DNA of 64,000 bases, filler included, from Stramenopiles sp. TOSAG23-2 (GCA_900128395.1; 56 parts of 56 records of this genome joined end to end with filler, not necessarily neighbours in it); one strand, 5' to 3'; positions 26,816 to 40,209 are shown, counted from the first letter of the whole stretch. A program made the numbers and translations. The notes: a model not told the origin generated them from the letters alone.

Positions 26816-27558
26816 AGTTATTCTATTTGTATGGTTGTATAATATGGTTTATCTCTCTCTCTCTCTATGTTTCTGTGTGTGTGTCTCTCTCTCTTGATGT
26901 ATTGTGTTGTATAATATTCTTTTCTTATAGATCTAGAATATATATAAATAGAGAATATATAGTGCTGCTGTGTGCTACCTGTGCTATATTAATATACTGA
27001 TACATTAACATGTAGATAATAAAAAGTAACAAACAAATAATAATTTTGGTAAAGTTGTCCAGCTACTGTGATATAGTTATCTTTAAGGATTATTGTATTA
27101 TACTTAGTACAATACCAGATGAATCGAAGGGAAATTTTCCCCTTATCACCCACAGTTCCCCTGCTACAGATCACAGATCACCTCAGATCATAGGATCACG
27201 GATCACAGATACGACAACAAGTATGTATTTTTGTATCCTAATATTAATATTCCTATATCAATGTAGTAATTTTTTGATTGCGATGCATAGGCAGAGATGC
27301 CATTATCCAGCAATCCTGGCAACAATATTAATATTAATAATATATATAGTTATAGAAATTAAAAGTAATATACATATGTCATATCGTACACAGTGATGAC
27401 TTATATATATATATATATTTATTAAAAACATTTCATCGAACATGACAAGCCTTGTCAANNNNNNNNNNNNNNNNNNNNNNNNNNNNNNNNNNNNNNNNNN
27501 NNTTAATTAATTAANNNNNNNNNNNNNNNNNNNNNNNNNNNNNNNNNNNNNNNNNNNN

Positions 27559-28604
27559 ATGCATCGGCTGATAATATTTTAAAATGTGAAAATGACTTAG
27601 AATTGATCATTGATGCTAAACGAAATGAAATCCAATTTATTCAATGCAATAGTAACAGAGAAAAATTTCGTAAAATTTTAAAAGTAAAGTCTTTGGATCT
27701 CTTTAATAATTTTAAAGATGCTTGGTTCGGCTTGGTTGCCAGAAATGTATCGTTTGATGACGCTATTCTAATGTGTTCCTCATCTAAAACAGAAAACGTA
27801 ATTACTGAAAAGGATTTTAATAATGAATTGTTGGATTTAAATAAATATTTTTCGAAAAGCGAAGATGAAGAAAAGAAAGAAAAGGAAGCATCATCGGCAG
27901 CGGCAAGTTCAAACTCTGGTAACCCTCGCGATGGTGATCAATCCAATAAACTTGAACCCGATGCAGAAACTAAAAATTTCATGGAATTAACGATGGTAAC
28001 CGATGTCTCTCTTGCGACAAGATGGGTGAAAGGCAATAATAATAATGCACAGGCTGCAATTCTAGCATATTTTAATGACCCAACAAAGGTTCCACCAGCC
28101 ATCTTAGCCCCAGTAATACAAAGGCAATCTAATGCGATAGGCATTGAAAGTAAAACTCCAAGTGATGGAGAGAATAAGGAAAACGAAAAGGAAAAAAAAG
28201 AGATTGGCGGAAAAGAGGGAGATAGTGAAGAAGACGTACTATTAAAAGCAAAAGCATTAAAACAAGTTTTGCAAAATAAATATGCATCTACTCCACCATT
28301 AGATGACAAAATATTAGCACGTGGTGATGTTTTTAACGATTATATGTATGATGTTATGGAACTATGGGATACAACGAATGGGAATTTTCTTATTACAAGG
28401 AATAGGAAAGAATATTTAGTAGAAGTTCTTAGTGGGACGACAAAGAAGAATACTCATAATATTTATGGCTATGCCTGTCTACCTGAAAGTGTCGACTTCA
28501 CAAAAGATATATACAATGATGAAGCGGACGCGAAACAAATTAAATGGACAATCAAAGGATGGTGGAGCGATGCAGGAAGTGCAAACAAAACGAAAAATTT
28601 AAAA
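27559..28604 (+). CDS. Large protein fragment with UBA-like domain
   Basis: Long open frame; NFMELTMVTDVSLATRWVKGNNNNAQAAILAYFND resembles UBA-like (UBA_4) domains. Confidence 0.6.
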
Positions 28605-28704
28605 NNNNNNNNNNNNNNNNNNNNNNNNNNNNNNNNNNNNNNNNNNNNTTAATTAATTAANNNNNNNNNNNNNNNNNNNNNNNNNNNNNNNNNNNNNNNN
28701 NNNN

Positions 28705-29750
28705 ACTTGCTGAAGACAATGATCTGATACTTCTACCAACTAATTGTAATTTCCATGCTTGTAAATTTTTATTTAAATGGAATAACGGCTTAGATAAGTC
28801 AAGACCTTCCACATTATTTACCGCGACATAAAATGGCAATACCATAAAGTTAATAAAACCAATTTGAAATTCTGGTAAAGGTGTTTTTGGATTATAAAAT
28901 CCATGACTGACACCTAATTTTTCTTCCTTGTCATATTGATTATTGAATTCTTTTACAATTCTATTTGTCCATTTACGATATATGGACCATTCTTTTGCTG
29001 GGTTGGATATATCACAACAATGCATTAACAACCCTAGACATTTTATATGATTTTCTTCTTTAGATGCATCTAGTTTTTCATCTTTACTAGCTGCTATATT
29101 CAATTCTAAATTTAATTTCTTTAATGCTGCTCCATGTTTTGCTAAGTCTGTTTCTAATATACAATGAATTAAAATTTTACGGTAGGCACGCTTACTTTCT
29201 TTAGTAAATCCTTTTAAAATATTGCAATTGGTATTCTTTTGCATTAACTCCATGCTGTAGCTTATATGATAATTTTCAAGTATACTTTGATCGTTATATC
29301 GTAATGCTAACTCATGCTCAGTTTTATCTAGAAATAGATTATTTTCTCCTGGATGGCCAACATCATGGACGCAAGCTCCAATTAAAGCAGCAAATAATGA
29401 TTCATCTGATAATGCTTCTAAAAACTTTGGCGAAGCTTTTAGATTAGCGGCCATAGTTTGCATGACGTCAGCTCCATGCGCTGCATTATGATATGGTACC
29501 TCATTATACGCAGTGCCAACAGCTTTTAAATAATTTTTAAGCACAACTGGATCTAATCGTAACTTGTGTATTAATGAATAATGTATTAATATGGAATAAC
29601 CGACAATTTCTAATGCTCTCGAATTAGTATTACTATCACCACCAACCTTATCACATACAGATAATATATTAAACTCCGGGGAAGTTACGTTATCGAAGTG
29701 TGTAACCTCTTCAGCTAATTCTGAACCTTCTTCAATCTCAAAATCCATTA
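28705..29750 (-). CDS. Class I 3',5'-cyclic nucleotide phosphodiesterase catalytic domain
   Basis: PYHNAAHGADV, HDVGHPGENN, LALRYNDQSILENYH, ILETDLAKH, HCCDISNPAK, QIGFINF. Confidence 0.95.
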
Positions 29751-30499
29751 NNNNNNNNNNNNNNNNNNNNNNNNNNNNNNNNNNNNNNNNNNNNTTAATT
29801 AATTAANNNNNNNNNNNNNNNNNNNNNNNNNNNNNNNNNNNNNNNNNNNNAATATTGTTGCGTGTATGTGCGCGTCTGTTCGTTTGTTCTTTCTTAAAAT
29901 GAAATGTTTCTTTGCATTGTATATGGTCGTCGACGACTATATTTGGATTACTGTACTATATATATATCTTTTGATTGATTCAACAAATTAGTGATAAATC
30001 CCAGTAACTATTTACCTGCTAAGCTATACACTTTTATTTTGTAGCTACCTCGTAAAGTTAGAGTGAAGAGAGTGTTAGTTTGCAAAGCGACTATATGGAA
30101 ATATGAGATATCGTGTGTTTTTTTCTATTTTTGCCTGATATCTGTATATCTATTATTCCCAATTATTAAATTTTTAAAAAACGACCTTTTCTCCTCCCAC
30201 TGTATATTCTTATGTAAAAGAATAATTTTTATCATCTTTTTCCATTTCTACTTTTAAAAATTTATGTACTTCATAAAAAATGTGATAGGCATTTAATTGA
30301 TATATTAAATCTATACTTAAAGTTCATGCACACAACAACGCAAAAAGATGAAGATGAACGTTATAGGTTGTTGTTGAAGTACAAAAAAAACAAAAACATA
30401 TATATTAATAAAAAATTGCTTTTCGATATACATAGTCGTCCTACACATAATACGCATATTCTCATCATACAAAACAACAACACAACAATATACTAAAAG

Positions 30500-30895
30500 A
30501 TGGGATGCAATAATACCAAAATATTGAAAAATAACGATGATGATGTCATTGTTGAATCACCATCGGATCATGTTTCAACTACTACTATGAAGAAAAATAA
30601 TAGTATAATGGTTGATAAAACAATGACAGATGACTCCTTTTTAAATAAATTAAATAAATGTTTAGAAGATACTACCATTATTAAAGATGATTTGACTGAA
30701 ATAGAAGAAACGAAAGATGATATTTACATAGAAAAGTCATATACAAATAATGACACTATATTAGATAATAAAAGTGATTTTCAAGAAGAAAATGAAGATA
30801 AAATTAATGGAAATGATATTAAATTACATCTTGATGTATCACTTTTAAATAAACAAATTATTAATGAACATAATAATAAATTAATGCATAATAAT
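30500..30895 (+). CDS. Hypothetical acidic protein with N-terminal MGC acylation motif (partial)
   Basis: MGCNNTK start; frame open to contig end. Confidence 0.55.
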
Positions 30896-30995
30896 NNNNN
30901 NNNNNNNNNNNNNNNNNNNNNNNNNNNNNNNNNNNNNNNTTAATTAATTAANNNNNNNNNNNNNNNNNNNNNNNNNNNNNNNNNNNNNNNNNNNN

Positions 30996-31385
30996 ATAAT
31001 CTCCACCTTCTCTGAGCAAATGAAATACTTGATTCATTAAATATTGGTCGTCTTCTGTTTTGTAAACCCATTTCATTTGCTTAAATGACTTGATGTTGGT
31101 AGCTACGAACCTTCGATTGCTTTCAGAAAATAAAGAACAAAATAGTAACCAGAAGAGTATGCGTATAAACCACATCCACTGATTATATGTAAAACCAACA
31201 AAAATTTTTTTTTCATTGTAGTTTGATTTATTTTGTTTTGCCTGGTATTCTTCTAATTTTGTGCCATTTTCCGACTGTAACATGTTCAAAGATGTATTTA
31301 ACGTGTTAATGAAAGACTCTTCAAGTCTATCATCTTCATCCTGCGAGCGACGTTTTCTGAATGGCGATTTACTTCTTCTGGGCAT
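30996..31385 (-). CDS. Hypothetical single-TM protein, N-terminus (partial)
   Basis: MPRRSKSPFRKRR...WMWFIRILFWLLFCSLF. Confidence 0.55.
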
Positions 31386-32140
31386 AATGACTAAACTAAT
31401 AAATATATGAAATAAAGGAAATATAATACCTCTATTTACCTCCAACAATAACGTTTTACATAAGAATCTATATATATATATTATATTATGACACGATAAA
31501 TGAGTTGGTATATTGAATATTTAAATATGTTTCTGGCATAATTCTACAAATAAAACATGAATATATGTATATATATTGCTTTGGAGTGTGGTGTATTTCT
31601 GTGGATTAATCAATTTCTGTGTCTAATAATAGCAACAATAAAAAGATATTAATAATATTTTGGGTTTTTTGTGCTTCTTTGCCTTTAATTTCGACTTAAT
31701 GCGCACAAAAATATCATATCAAGTACAAAATTTACCAACCTTGGCCTATCAAATTCTTAAAATAATACGAAAATACGAAAGAAAAATACAAAAAATCACC
31801 TCCTTTTGTTATAAGACCTGTGTTCATATAATTTTTATAATGCTATTCACCTGTATGACAAAAAATCATCCAAATTAGAATACACTTGATAGATAAATCG
31901 CTGTACTCACATTTTAAGTAAATTGCAATTAAAAAACAATTAGACTACTAAATTTATACTACGATTATATAAAACCTCAAACATGAATATTTTTGCCAAT
32001 TTTATTTTCAATTTGAGAAGTTCCGCCAAAGTGGGTACGANNNNNNNNNNNNNNNNNNNNNNNNNNNNNNNNNNNNNNNNNNNNTTAATTAATTAANNNN
32101 NNNNNNNNNNNNNNNNNNNNNNNNNNNNNNNNNNNNNNNN

Positions 32141-33185
32141 TATTTGATGAGTTCGGTCGTCCATTTATTATCATGCGTGAGCAAGGTAAACAAGCACGTT
32201 TGAAAGGTCTTGAAGCACAAAAAGCTAATATATTAGCAGCACGTTGTGTATCCATGATTATTCGTACATCATTAGGCCCAAAAGGTATGGATAAAATGTT
32301 GGTTGACAAAGACGGTGAAGTGACCGTAACCAATGATGGTGCTACCATCTTGCAAAAGATGGAAGTAGAACATGAAATTGCAAGGTTAATGGTAGAATTA
32401 TCTACAAGTCAAGACGATGAAATTGGTGACGGTACAACAGGTGTTGTTGTATTAGCTGGTGCACTTTTGGAACAAGCTGAATATTTGTTAGACAAAGGGC
32501 TGCATCCTGTGCGCGTTGCAGATGGTTTCGACGCGGCATCTGAATGCGTTGTAAAGCATTCAGCAGAAATTTCTGATGTTGTGGAATGGTCACGTGAGGA
32601 CACCAAAGCACTTTTTGATACGGCAAATACCACACTTGGATCTAAAATTGTCAATCGTTATCGTGAGCAAATGGCAAAAATTGCTACCGATGCTGTATTG
32701 GCAGTTGCTGATTTGGAACGTAAAGATGTAAACTTCGATTTGATCAAAATGGAAGGTAAAGTTGGAGGAACGTTGGAAGATACGAAATTAATCAATGGTA
32801 TTGTACTTGATAAAGAAATTTCCCATCCACAAATGGCAAAAGAAATTAAAAATGCAAAAATGGCTATTTTAACATGTCCATTTGAACCACCTAAACCAAA
32901 AACCAAGCATAAATTGGATATTAAAAGTGCTGAAGCATATCATAAATTAGCAAAAGCAGAGGCTGATTATTTCACCAACATGGTGAAACAAGTTAAAGAT
33001 AGCGGTGCCAATTTAGTTATATGCCAATGGGGCTTCGATGACGAAGCAAATCATTTATTGTTACAAAATCAATTGCCAGCTGTACGTTGGGTTGGTGGCG
33101 TAGAGTTGGAATTGATTGCAGTTGCAACTGGTGGCCGTATCGTACCACGTTTCAGTGAATTATCCGAGGATAAGCTAGGTAGCGC
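32141..33185 (+). CDS. CCT5: T-complex protein 1 subunit epsilon (partial)
   Basis: [79 protein letters not shown]. Confidence 0.98.
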
Positions 33186-33285
33186 NNNNNNNNNNNNNNN
33201 NNNNNNNNNNNNNNNNNNNNNNNNNNNNNTTAATTAATTAANNNNNNNNNNNNNNNNNNNNNNNNNNNNNNNNNNNNNNNNNNNN

Positions 33286-34055
33286 CACCTGCATATGGAA
33301 ATACGGGGACAGTATCTGATAATAGCGCTATCATGCCACCACCATTGCCACCATCAGCAAATATTAACTTTCAACCTCCACCTCCATCTATACAAAGCAA
33401 TGGCATGAATTCCTTTCAACCTCCGCCAAATAGGAACAATACAAATCCATTTCAACCTCCGCAACAACCTGTGTATTTGCCATCGCCAGGTAGGCCATCT
33501 AATATCAAAACGGTTCAATCCCCTATGAATAATAATTATTCACCGCATACTAACTTTTCAATGGGGCCACCACAAAGTTCTTTGATGCAACAACCTGTTA
33601 TGACAGGTAGAATTGTGAATGATAGTAACAGGAATAGTAGTTTTAACAATTCAAATAATCGCAGTAGAAGTGATAGTAGTTCTTCCTTTGAGAGCACATT
33701 ATCTTCTTCTCAGCGAGAGGCAATTACGACATGTGCAGCAATGGGATTTAGTCGCACTAGGGCTATACAAGTATTAACAAGTACAAATTGGAACGTGGAA
33801 AATGCAGTGGCAGTATTATTAGGAGATGATACTATCGGTGGCGGTAGCAGTAATAGTAATAGCAGCAATAGGAGTGCATCAAATAGTGTGAGTGCTCCTC
33901 CAGGTAAACGAAAATTACGATTTAAAGTGCCAGCAAATGTTAGAAGTGGCCAAACAGTAACAATACAAGATGGCGTCAGTAAGAAGAAATTTAACGTGAA
34001 GATCCCAGCAACAGCAAAACCTGGTAGTACTTTGCAGATTTTTGTTGATGAATAG
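33286..34055 (+). CDS. Pro-rich protein with UBA domain and C-terminal VP..xPG beta module (partial)
   Basis: AMGFSRTRAIQVLTSTNWNVENAVAVLL is a UBA; FKVPANVRSGQTV...VKIPATAKPGSTL. Confidence 0.8.
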
Positions 34056-34430
34056 AGAGGGGTAAAAGTATACATACCACCGACTATTAAAAAAACGAGA
34101 GGAAACCGTAAATAAATATATTACGTACCACATGAAAAGTATGATTAACCATCGTTTTATATTTCGAATAAAATATATACTCAGCCCGTTCAGCGAAACA
34201 AGGAAGGATAGCAACCTACTCAAATGATTGTAGAATATTAGTTTGCAGATGTGCATTAGAGCTTTACTATATAGTAGGATGGAATATCATTCTTGAGATT
34301 GAGTATTGAGCATATTACTTGGCACAGGAANNNNNNNNNNNNNNNNNNNNNNNNNNNNNNNNNNNNNNNNNNNNTTAATTAATTAANNNNNNNNNNNNNN
34401 NNNNNNNNNNNNNNNNNNNNNNNNNNNNNN

Positions 34431-35475
34431 ACACAAGATTGCATGATCATTCGGAATATTTTTCTTTGTACTCATTAAAATGTTTTGATACCGCTTTTCT
34501 AAGCGCTCGTTTGCCCATTGATATGCAATTTTATTATTGTATAATTTTGCTGGGTTATTTTCATCGAAATCGGGATGATTTTTCATTTCTTCATCTAAAT
34601 CTAATGTTAAAATATTTCCTAGCCCATATATACGATCTAATGAATATGTTTTGCCACTTCCAGGCGCCCCTGCTGTAAAAACGATGATAGGTTTCTTTAA
34701 ATTAGGATATGATATTGTTACCAAACATTGAGCATTTTTATTCGAATGAGAAGCGGAAGAAAAATGTCGTTTTCGACTAGCATGTTGAAAGTTGCTATTC
34801 TTATTCCAATTGCTGGTATTATTTTTCCTATTAGGATATCTACTTCGTTTTGGTATGGCGGATAACGATATTTGTTGTTTTGCATAATAATCCAAACCTT
34901 TCTTATCAATAATATCACAAATAACTTCGTTCAATTTTAGTTGGTTTACATAGACTTCCTCAGTATTCTCATAGCTATTGTAACAACCTGTGCGATTTGA
35001 TGGCAGGTACATAGATGGAATTTGATTGTAAATCGATCGTGTTACTTTCAAATGATACAAAACAGCTTTATAAACATCATCAATATATTTACCAGGCAAT
35101 TTATTATACCGTGTAATCAATGAAATATATAACAGCCGATAATCCTCAAACGCAACAGATTTATTTAAGGAAAACTCATCGGAATAATTATCCTCGTGGA
35201 TTTTTTCATATTCCTTCCTCTGTTCTAGCTTTTTCATTAAGAATATTTCTCGTTGCTTCTTAAATTGATCATGATCCGCATATAGTAAATTACAATATTG
35301 TTTAGATGGTAAACCGTGATTTAATGCTAACTTCCATTCCTCTACTGTCTCTTGGATATCTTCATCCATTGCCGGTAATATAACATTTTGAAAAAACTCA
35401 TCAACCATTTTATCATGTTTGTTATTATGCAATACAATTATACCATTTTCATCCCTATTTTTCTTCTTCTCCTGG
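34431..35475 (-). CDS. Protein with zeta-toxin-like/AAA_33 P-loop kinase domain (partial)
   Basis: KPIIVFTAGAPGSGKTY Walker A, then LTLDLDEEMKNHPDFD (D-x-D...HP.F/Y as in zeta-like kinases). Confidence 0.65.
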
Positions 35476-35575
35476 NNNNNNNNNNNNNNNNNNNNNNNNN
35501 NNNNNNNNNNNNNNNNNNNTTAATTAATTAANNNNNNNNNNNNNNNNNNNNNNNNNNNNNNNNNNNNNNNNNNNN

Positions 35576-36085
35576 ATTTGAACAGGCACATTGTTTGCAA
35601 CCTGGACTTGAAGCTCTACCTAAACAAGCTAATATACATTTTGATTCCATGCATTGTGTCAATCCATCATAACATGAAATACATTGCTGTGACAAGCCAG
35701 TTTCTTTTTGAAAACATGCAAGGCCCGCTTTTCTGTTACCTTTTGCCTCTTTTCGACACTCTTTTTGAGTTGTTAAAATTGAGGTAGAATTCTCTACGAA
35801 TATTTTAATATCAGCAAATGATGAACAACCAAGTGCAGTATTATTGCCTTTTGCTGCAGGTGGAAGAAATGATTTAGAATTTTGAATTTCATGCAATGTG
35901 ATTAACAAGATTAATGCACCAGATAATAAACCGAAAATAAAAAATGATGGTCTAGAGCAAAAGATATTGGAACAAATGCTATTATTTATTTTTTTTCCCA
36001 TTTGTCGTTGTTGACGTGAATTATTATTTACAAGATCTGACATTTGTTCATATCTTCTATTTGATTCATACGCTGAAGAATCCAT
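35576..36085 (-). CDS. Membrane-anchored Cys-rich protein (partial)
   Basis: TM helix, then C..CF....GLS..C..CY.....C...C...C pattern. Confidence 0.6.
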
Positions 36086-36454
36086 TCGTTGCGTTCTTTT
36101 CTTTTTATATATGTTTGTGTTCTAATTGTATTATTATATATTTAGAATATATCAATTGTTAAATGATGATATATATTATATGTACTTTGTATATATAGTC
36201 TAATAACAACAAATCTATTTTTTGCTCTTTTTTTGTTTATGTTTTGGGGTCGAACTGATATATACTTTTGCAACTTTTGTTGTTGAACTTGTGAAACTTG
36301 AGATCTCTGGAATTATATAATATAATAATATATAATAATACACACACACAGTTATACTATTATATACAATTATTGGAAGAAGGAAAAAATATATTAAAAT
36401 AAATGCATATAAACTAAATAAAATAAAAAATAGATAAATATAAAGTAAAAAGAA

Positions 36455-36620
36455 ATGAGTTCGTTAACAAGTTTAAAAACAAGTAATGAAGAAACAACTA
36501 TGGCTCCAGATGCAGCTGTCAGTGAATATAAAGTTGCTTATAAATTTAGTTCACGACAAGATTTTGTAAAAGAGGTAAATGCTCTCATCAAGGAGGGCTG
36601 GAGACCGCAAGGTGGCATTG
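36455..36620 (+). CDS. DUF1737-like small domain protein (partial)
   Basis: YKV.....DFVKEVNALIKEGWRPQGGI resembles the DUF1737 pattern. Confidence 0.6.
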
Positions 36621-36720
36621 NNNNNNNNNNNNNNNNNNNNNNNNNNNNNNNNNNNNNNNNNNNNTTAATTAATTAANNNNNNNNNNNNNNNNNNNNNNNN
36701 NNNNNNNNNNNNNNNNNNNN

Positions 36721-37368
36721 GAAAAAGTCGAAGAAAATAATAATGAAAAAAAAATAAAGGCTTTAGAAAATACAATACATGGATATACAAACTTAATATT
36801 TAATAGTAACAACAACAACTCCTCTTCCACAATTGATGACTTGGAAAATATCATCGAATCCAGTTTAGTACGTGCTGATGAGTTAAGAGCTTTGCTAAAT
36901 ACTGTAAAAACCGATAGCGAAACGGCAACAGATGTTTTATTGCCACAATTAGCAGAACATTGTAAACAATTATTACGTGTATTTCAAGTCATAGATGCAT
37001 TAGCACAAGTTGTTTCATCATTGAAAAAATCTGCAACTGAATTAGATACAAAATTACAAAAAGTCCAACAAGTATATGATTTACGGCATCCATCAAGCTT
37101 AGGCCGTTTATTTGGTAAATTGTTAAGATCTTCATCAATGGATGCGAATGTTAAAGAAGAATTGCCACCCATGCCAAAATGGGAAGGTAGTGATTTTATT
37201 GAAGATACAAGTATTATATTAAAAGAGGCACGATTAAAATGGTTAGATTCTGCTGCAACAACAACAACAATTGATAATAATAATAACGACGTTGGTGATG
37301 ATGATAAAAAAAGTGAAAATATTAATGATGGGAAAAAAAATAGTAGGAGTGATAGTATTGATGTGTAA
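36721..37368 (+). CDS. BLOC-1 subunit 4 (cappuccino/CNL1)-like coiled-coil protein (partial)
   Basis: ESSLVRADELRALLNTVKTDS...LLPQL...RVFQVIDALAQVVSSLKKSATELD resembles the BLOC1S4 helical pattern. Confidence 0.55.
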   Translation, partial: EKVEENNNEKKIKALENTIHGYTNLIFNSNNNNSSSTIDDLENIIESSLVRADELRALLNTVKTDSETATDVLLPQLAEHCKQLLRVFQVIDALAQVVSSLKKSATELDTKLQKVQQVYDLRHPSSLGRLFGKLLRSSSMDANVKEELPPMPKWEGSDFIEDTSIILKEARLKWLDSAATTTTIDNNNNDVGDDDKKSENINDGKKNSRSDSIDV

Positions 37369-37604
37369 ACTTGTAAAATAAAGTTTTACGAACCCGCGTA
37401 TATATACAAGTATTATATTAAAAGAGGCACGATTAAAATGGTTAGATTCTGCTGCAACAACAACAACAATTGATAATAATAATAACGACGTTGGTGATGA
37501 TGATAAAAAAAGTGAAAATATTAATGATGGGAAAAAAAATAGTAGGAGTGATAGTATTGATGTGTAAACTTGTAAAATAAAGTTTTACGAACCCGCGTAT
37601 ATAT
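37205..37604. repeat. Exact 199-bp tandem duplication of a gene 3' end plus 3' flank
   Basis: 37205-37405 is identical to 37404-37604. Confidence 0.95.
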
Positions 37605-37705
37605 TTTTTCACATCGTGGTGTGTGTAAATATTTAAATTTTATTATTTTTTTCGTAAAATATTTTAAAATTTTATTTAATATTCGTATATTATTTTTATT
37701 TTTAA

Positions 37706-37741
<36 letters not shown>

Positions 37742-37865
37742 TATCCTCTTTTTCTTCTTCTTTTCNNNNNNNNNNNNNNNNNNNNNNNNNNNNNNNNNNN
37801 NNNNNNNNNTTAATTAATTAANNNNNNNNNNNNNNNNNNNNNNNNNNNNNNNNNNNNNNNNNNNN

Positions 37866-38364
37866 TAGATGGTAAATCTCCATACATATCATCATCTAGT
37901 GATGGTGGTGGTGGAACTGTTTCATTGATATCACTATCATCTTGTTCTTCATCTTCTTCGTCATCATCGTCTTCCTCAATATCATCTTCAGTATTTTTTT
38001 CGTCATCATCATTTTTATCATTTTTTGTCGTTGAAAAATAACGATGAGTATGAGGTTGATGATTGTTTTGAAACAAATTCATTGAGAAATAATTCAAACC
38101 ATTACCAATAGTAAATTTTGATAAATAATTATGCTTGTTGATTTTAATATTACATATATTATTGTGTTGTTTCATATTATTATCATTATGAAAAAATGTA
38201 CAATAATAATTTTTTTGATTATTATTATTAATATTATTATTATTAAATGATGCTGATGATACATTAATATTATTTTTCAAAAATAGATTACATTTCCTTC
38301 TTAACGCAACATATCGTTGCAGATTTACTAACATTTCTGATGACGGTATGATTCGCTTATACAT
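37866..38364 (-). CDS. N-terminus of a probable mitochondrion-targeted protein
   Basis: Basic, acid-poor leader ending HRYFSTT (R-x-F-S cleavage-like), then an acidic tract. Confidence 0.5.
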
Positions 38365-38597
38365 TTTTTTTTTTTGTAGAGAGTTTCTCTTTTTTTTTTG
38401 TATTTTCGTTGTATTTGTTCCTTCTTTCATATTCTATATATTGCACTATTATACAAAATATTTTAACAACAACAGAAATAGAAAAGACTCAACAAACAAC
38501 TTCTTATAAATTTCTTACTAAGTAGGTAGACTGGTAGACCAGTAGAGTTCGATCTGAACCTAGTCAGAACCAATAGCATACTCATAGCATATAACAA

Positions 38598-38709
38598 TAT
38601 CTTATAGGAAAAGTTGACTGAGGATGATGTGGCACAAATTAGCATATAAATAAAATTAAGTCTTATTTATATGCTAAATAGGTCCTCAGTAAATTTTTCT
38701 TATAGGATA
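38598..38709 (+). repeat. 112-nt two-segment foldback hairpin
   Basis: Outer arms 38598-38624/38683-38709 (23 Watson-Crick, 3 G-U, 1 mismatch); inner arms 38639-38653/38663-38677 form a perfect 15 bp. Confidence 0.85.
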
Positions 38710-39009
38710 CGGTCGATAGTCGAGTGCCTAGCTTACGTACACTACTGTATGTAGAGCACTAGCTGGGCTAGCCCAAGATAAGCCCAGTATAAGCATAGAC
38801 TTTTTAGCATCAACACACCATTTGTTAATGGTATTCAAGTGAAATATCGATGCCATCCATGTGTTTTGGCGTCTGGTGGAATAACTAATGCTATGTCCAG
38901 CTGAAAATGNNNNNNNNNNNNNNNNNNNNNNNNNNNNNNNNNNNNNNNNNNNNTTAATTAATTAANNNNNNNNNNNNNNNNNNNNNNNNNNNNNNNNNNN
39001 NNNNNNNNN

Positions 39010-39240
39010 ACTGGAACCTCCTTTAGCATGATTGTTACCATTGACATTCTTATTAGTGTTATTATTGGACATTTTATTAAAAAAATAATGTTGCATTTTC
39101 TTTTGTTTATCTTTCTTTGGTTGTTTTATTAATAATTTACCATTTGCATTAAACTTCAGCGTGGATTGATTTTTATCAAGGCCAGCTTTTGCACGTGTCC
39201 GTTTCTTACCTTTCTTGTTATTCCTACTACTGTTGCTCAT
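39010..39240 (-). CDS. Lys-rich N-terminus of a probable nuclear protein (partial)
   Basis: MSNSSRNNKKGKKRTR...QKKMQHYFF (PIP-box-like). Confidence 0.5.
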
Positions 39241-40209
39241 TTTATCTTCATCGGAGGGGGCAAATGTATAGATAGACTAGATAAATAGTTTGTATCTAAT
39301 TCTGCTTGTTGCGTTCTGTGTTCTACCTATCTGTCTAATTAGTCAATATATATTTCTGTTCTATGATGATAAAAAATACAATATGTATATAAAACACTTA
39401 TATAGCTACTATAATAATAGCTGATGATGGATATAGCTGGGCAGCTTAAGCTGGGCTAGCTACTTAGACGACTACTAGCTCTACTTATTAGTATAGGAGG
39501 AGAGATTTTAATAAATAGGGTTGTTTTCTCCATCCTATAACCCCCTTTGACATTTTATTATTTCAATTTTCAATCAGTTAAAATAGGAACTTTAGAACTT
39601 ATAGTACTTAACTTATCGGTATAAGGTATAAGGTATTACATCAGCACAGCAGCGCTAGCAAGGCTAGCTAGCTAGCTAGCTATCCGTGTGTGGTATAGTA
39701 GGCTAGTATTATATATATTCTAGACTAATACAGTATTATACTATATTTTCTAGTATCCTATATCCTTTTATATAGGCAAGTCACAAGTCAACAAACAACA
39801 AAATAAAAAGTTTTATTAAAATTTTTAAAGTAGTAGTCGTCTAGTCCCTCCCATGCCCTGTTGTTATAGTACAAACCATATATTTGTAATAATAATAAAT
39901 ACAATAAAATATCATGAATCATCATCACAATAATTTTTAAAATAATATATATATATATTGTAGTGCATTTAATACAACATGACTTATAAGTCGTTGGCCA
40001 GTAGAAATATATATTATATTCCATAGAAGAGATAAACAGTACATCAATATATTNNNNNNNNNNNNNNNNNNNNNNNNNNNNNNNNNNNNNNNNNNNNTTA
40101 ATTAATTAANNNNNNNNNNNNNNNNNNNNNNNNNNNNNNNNNNNNNNNNNNNNGGAAGATGGTACATTGATTGATTTGTCAATTGATGAAGACGAAGAGA
40201 AAGCAAAAA

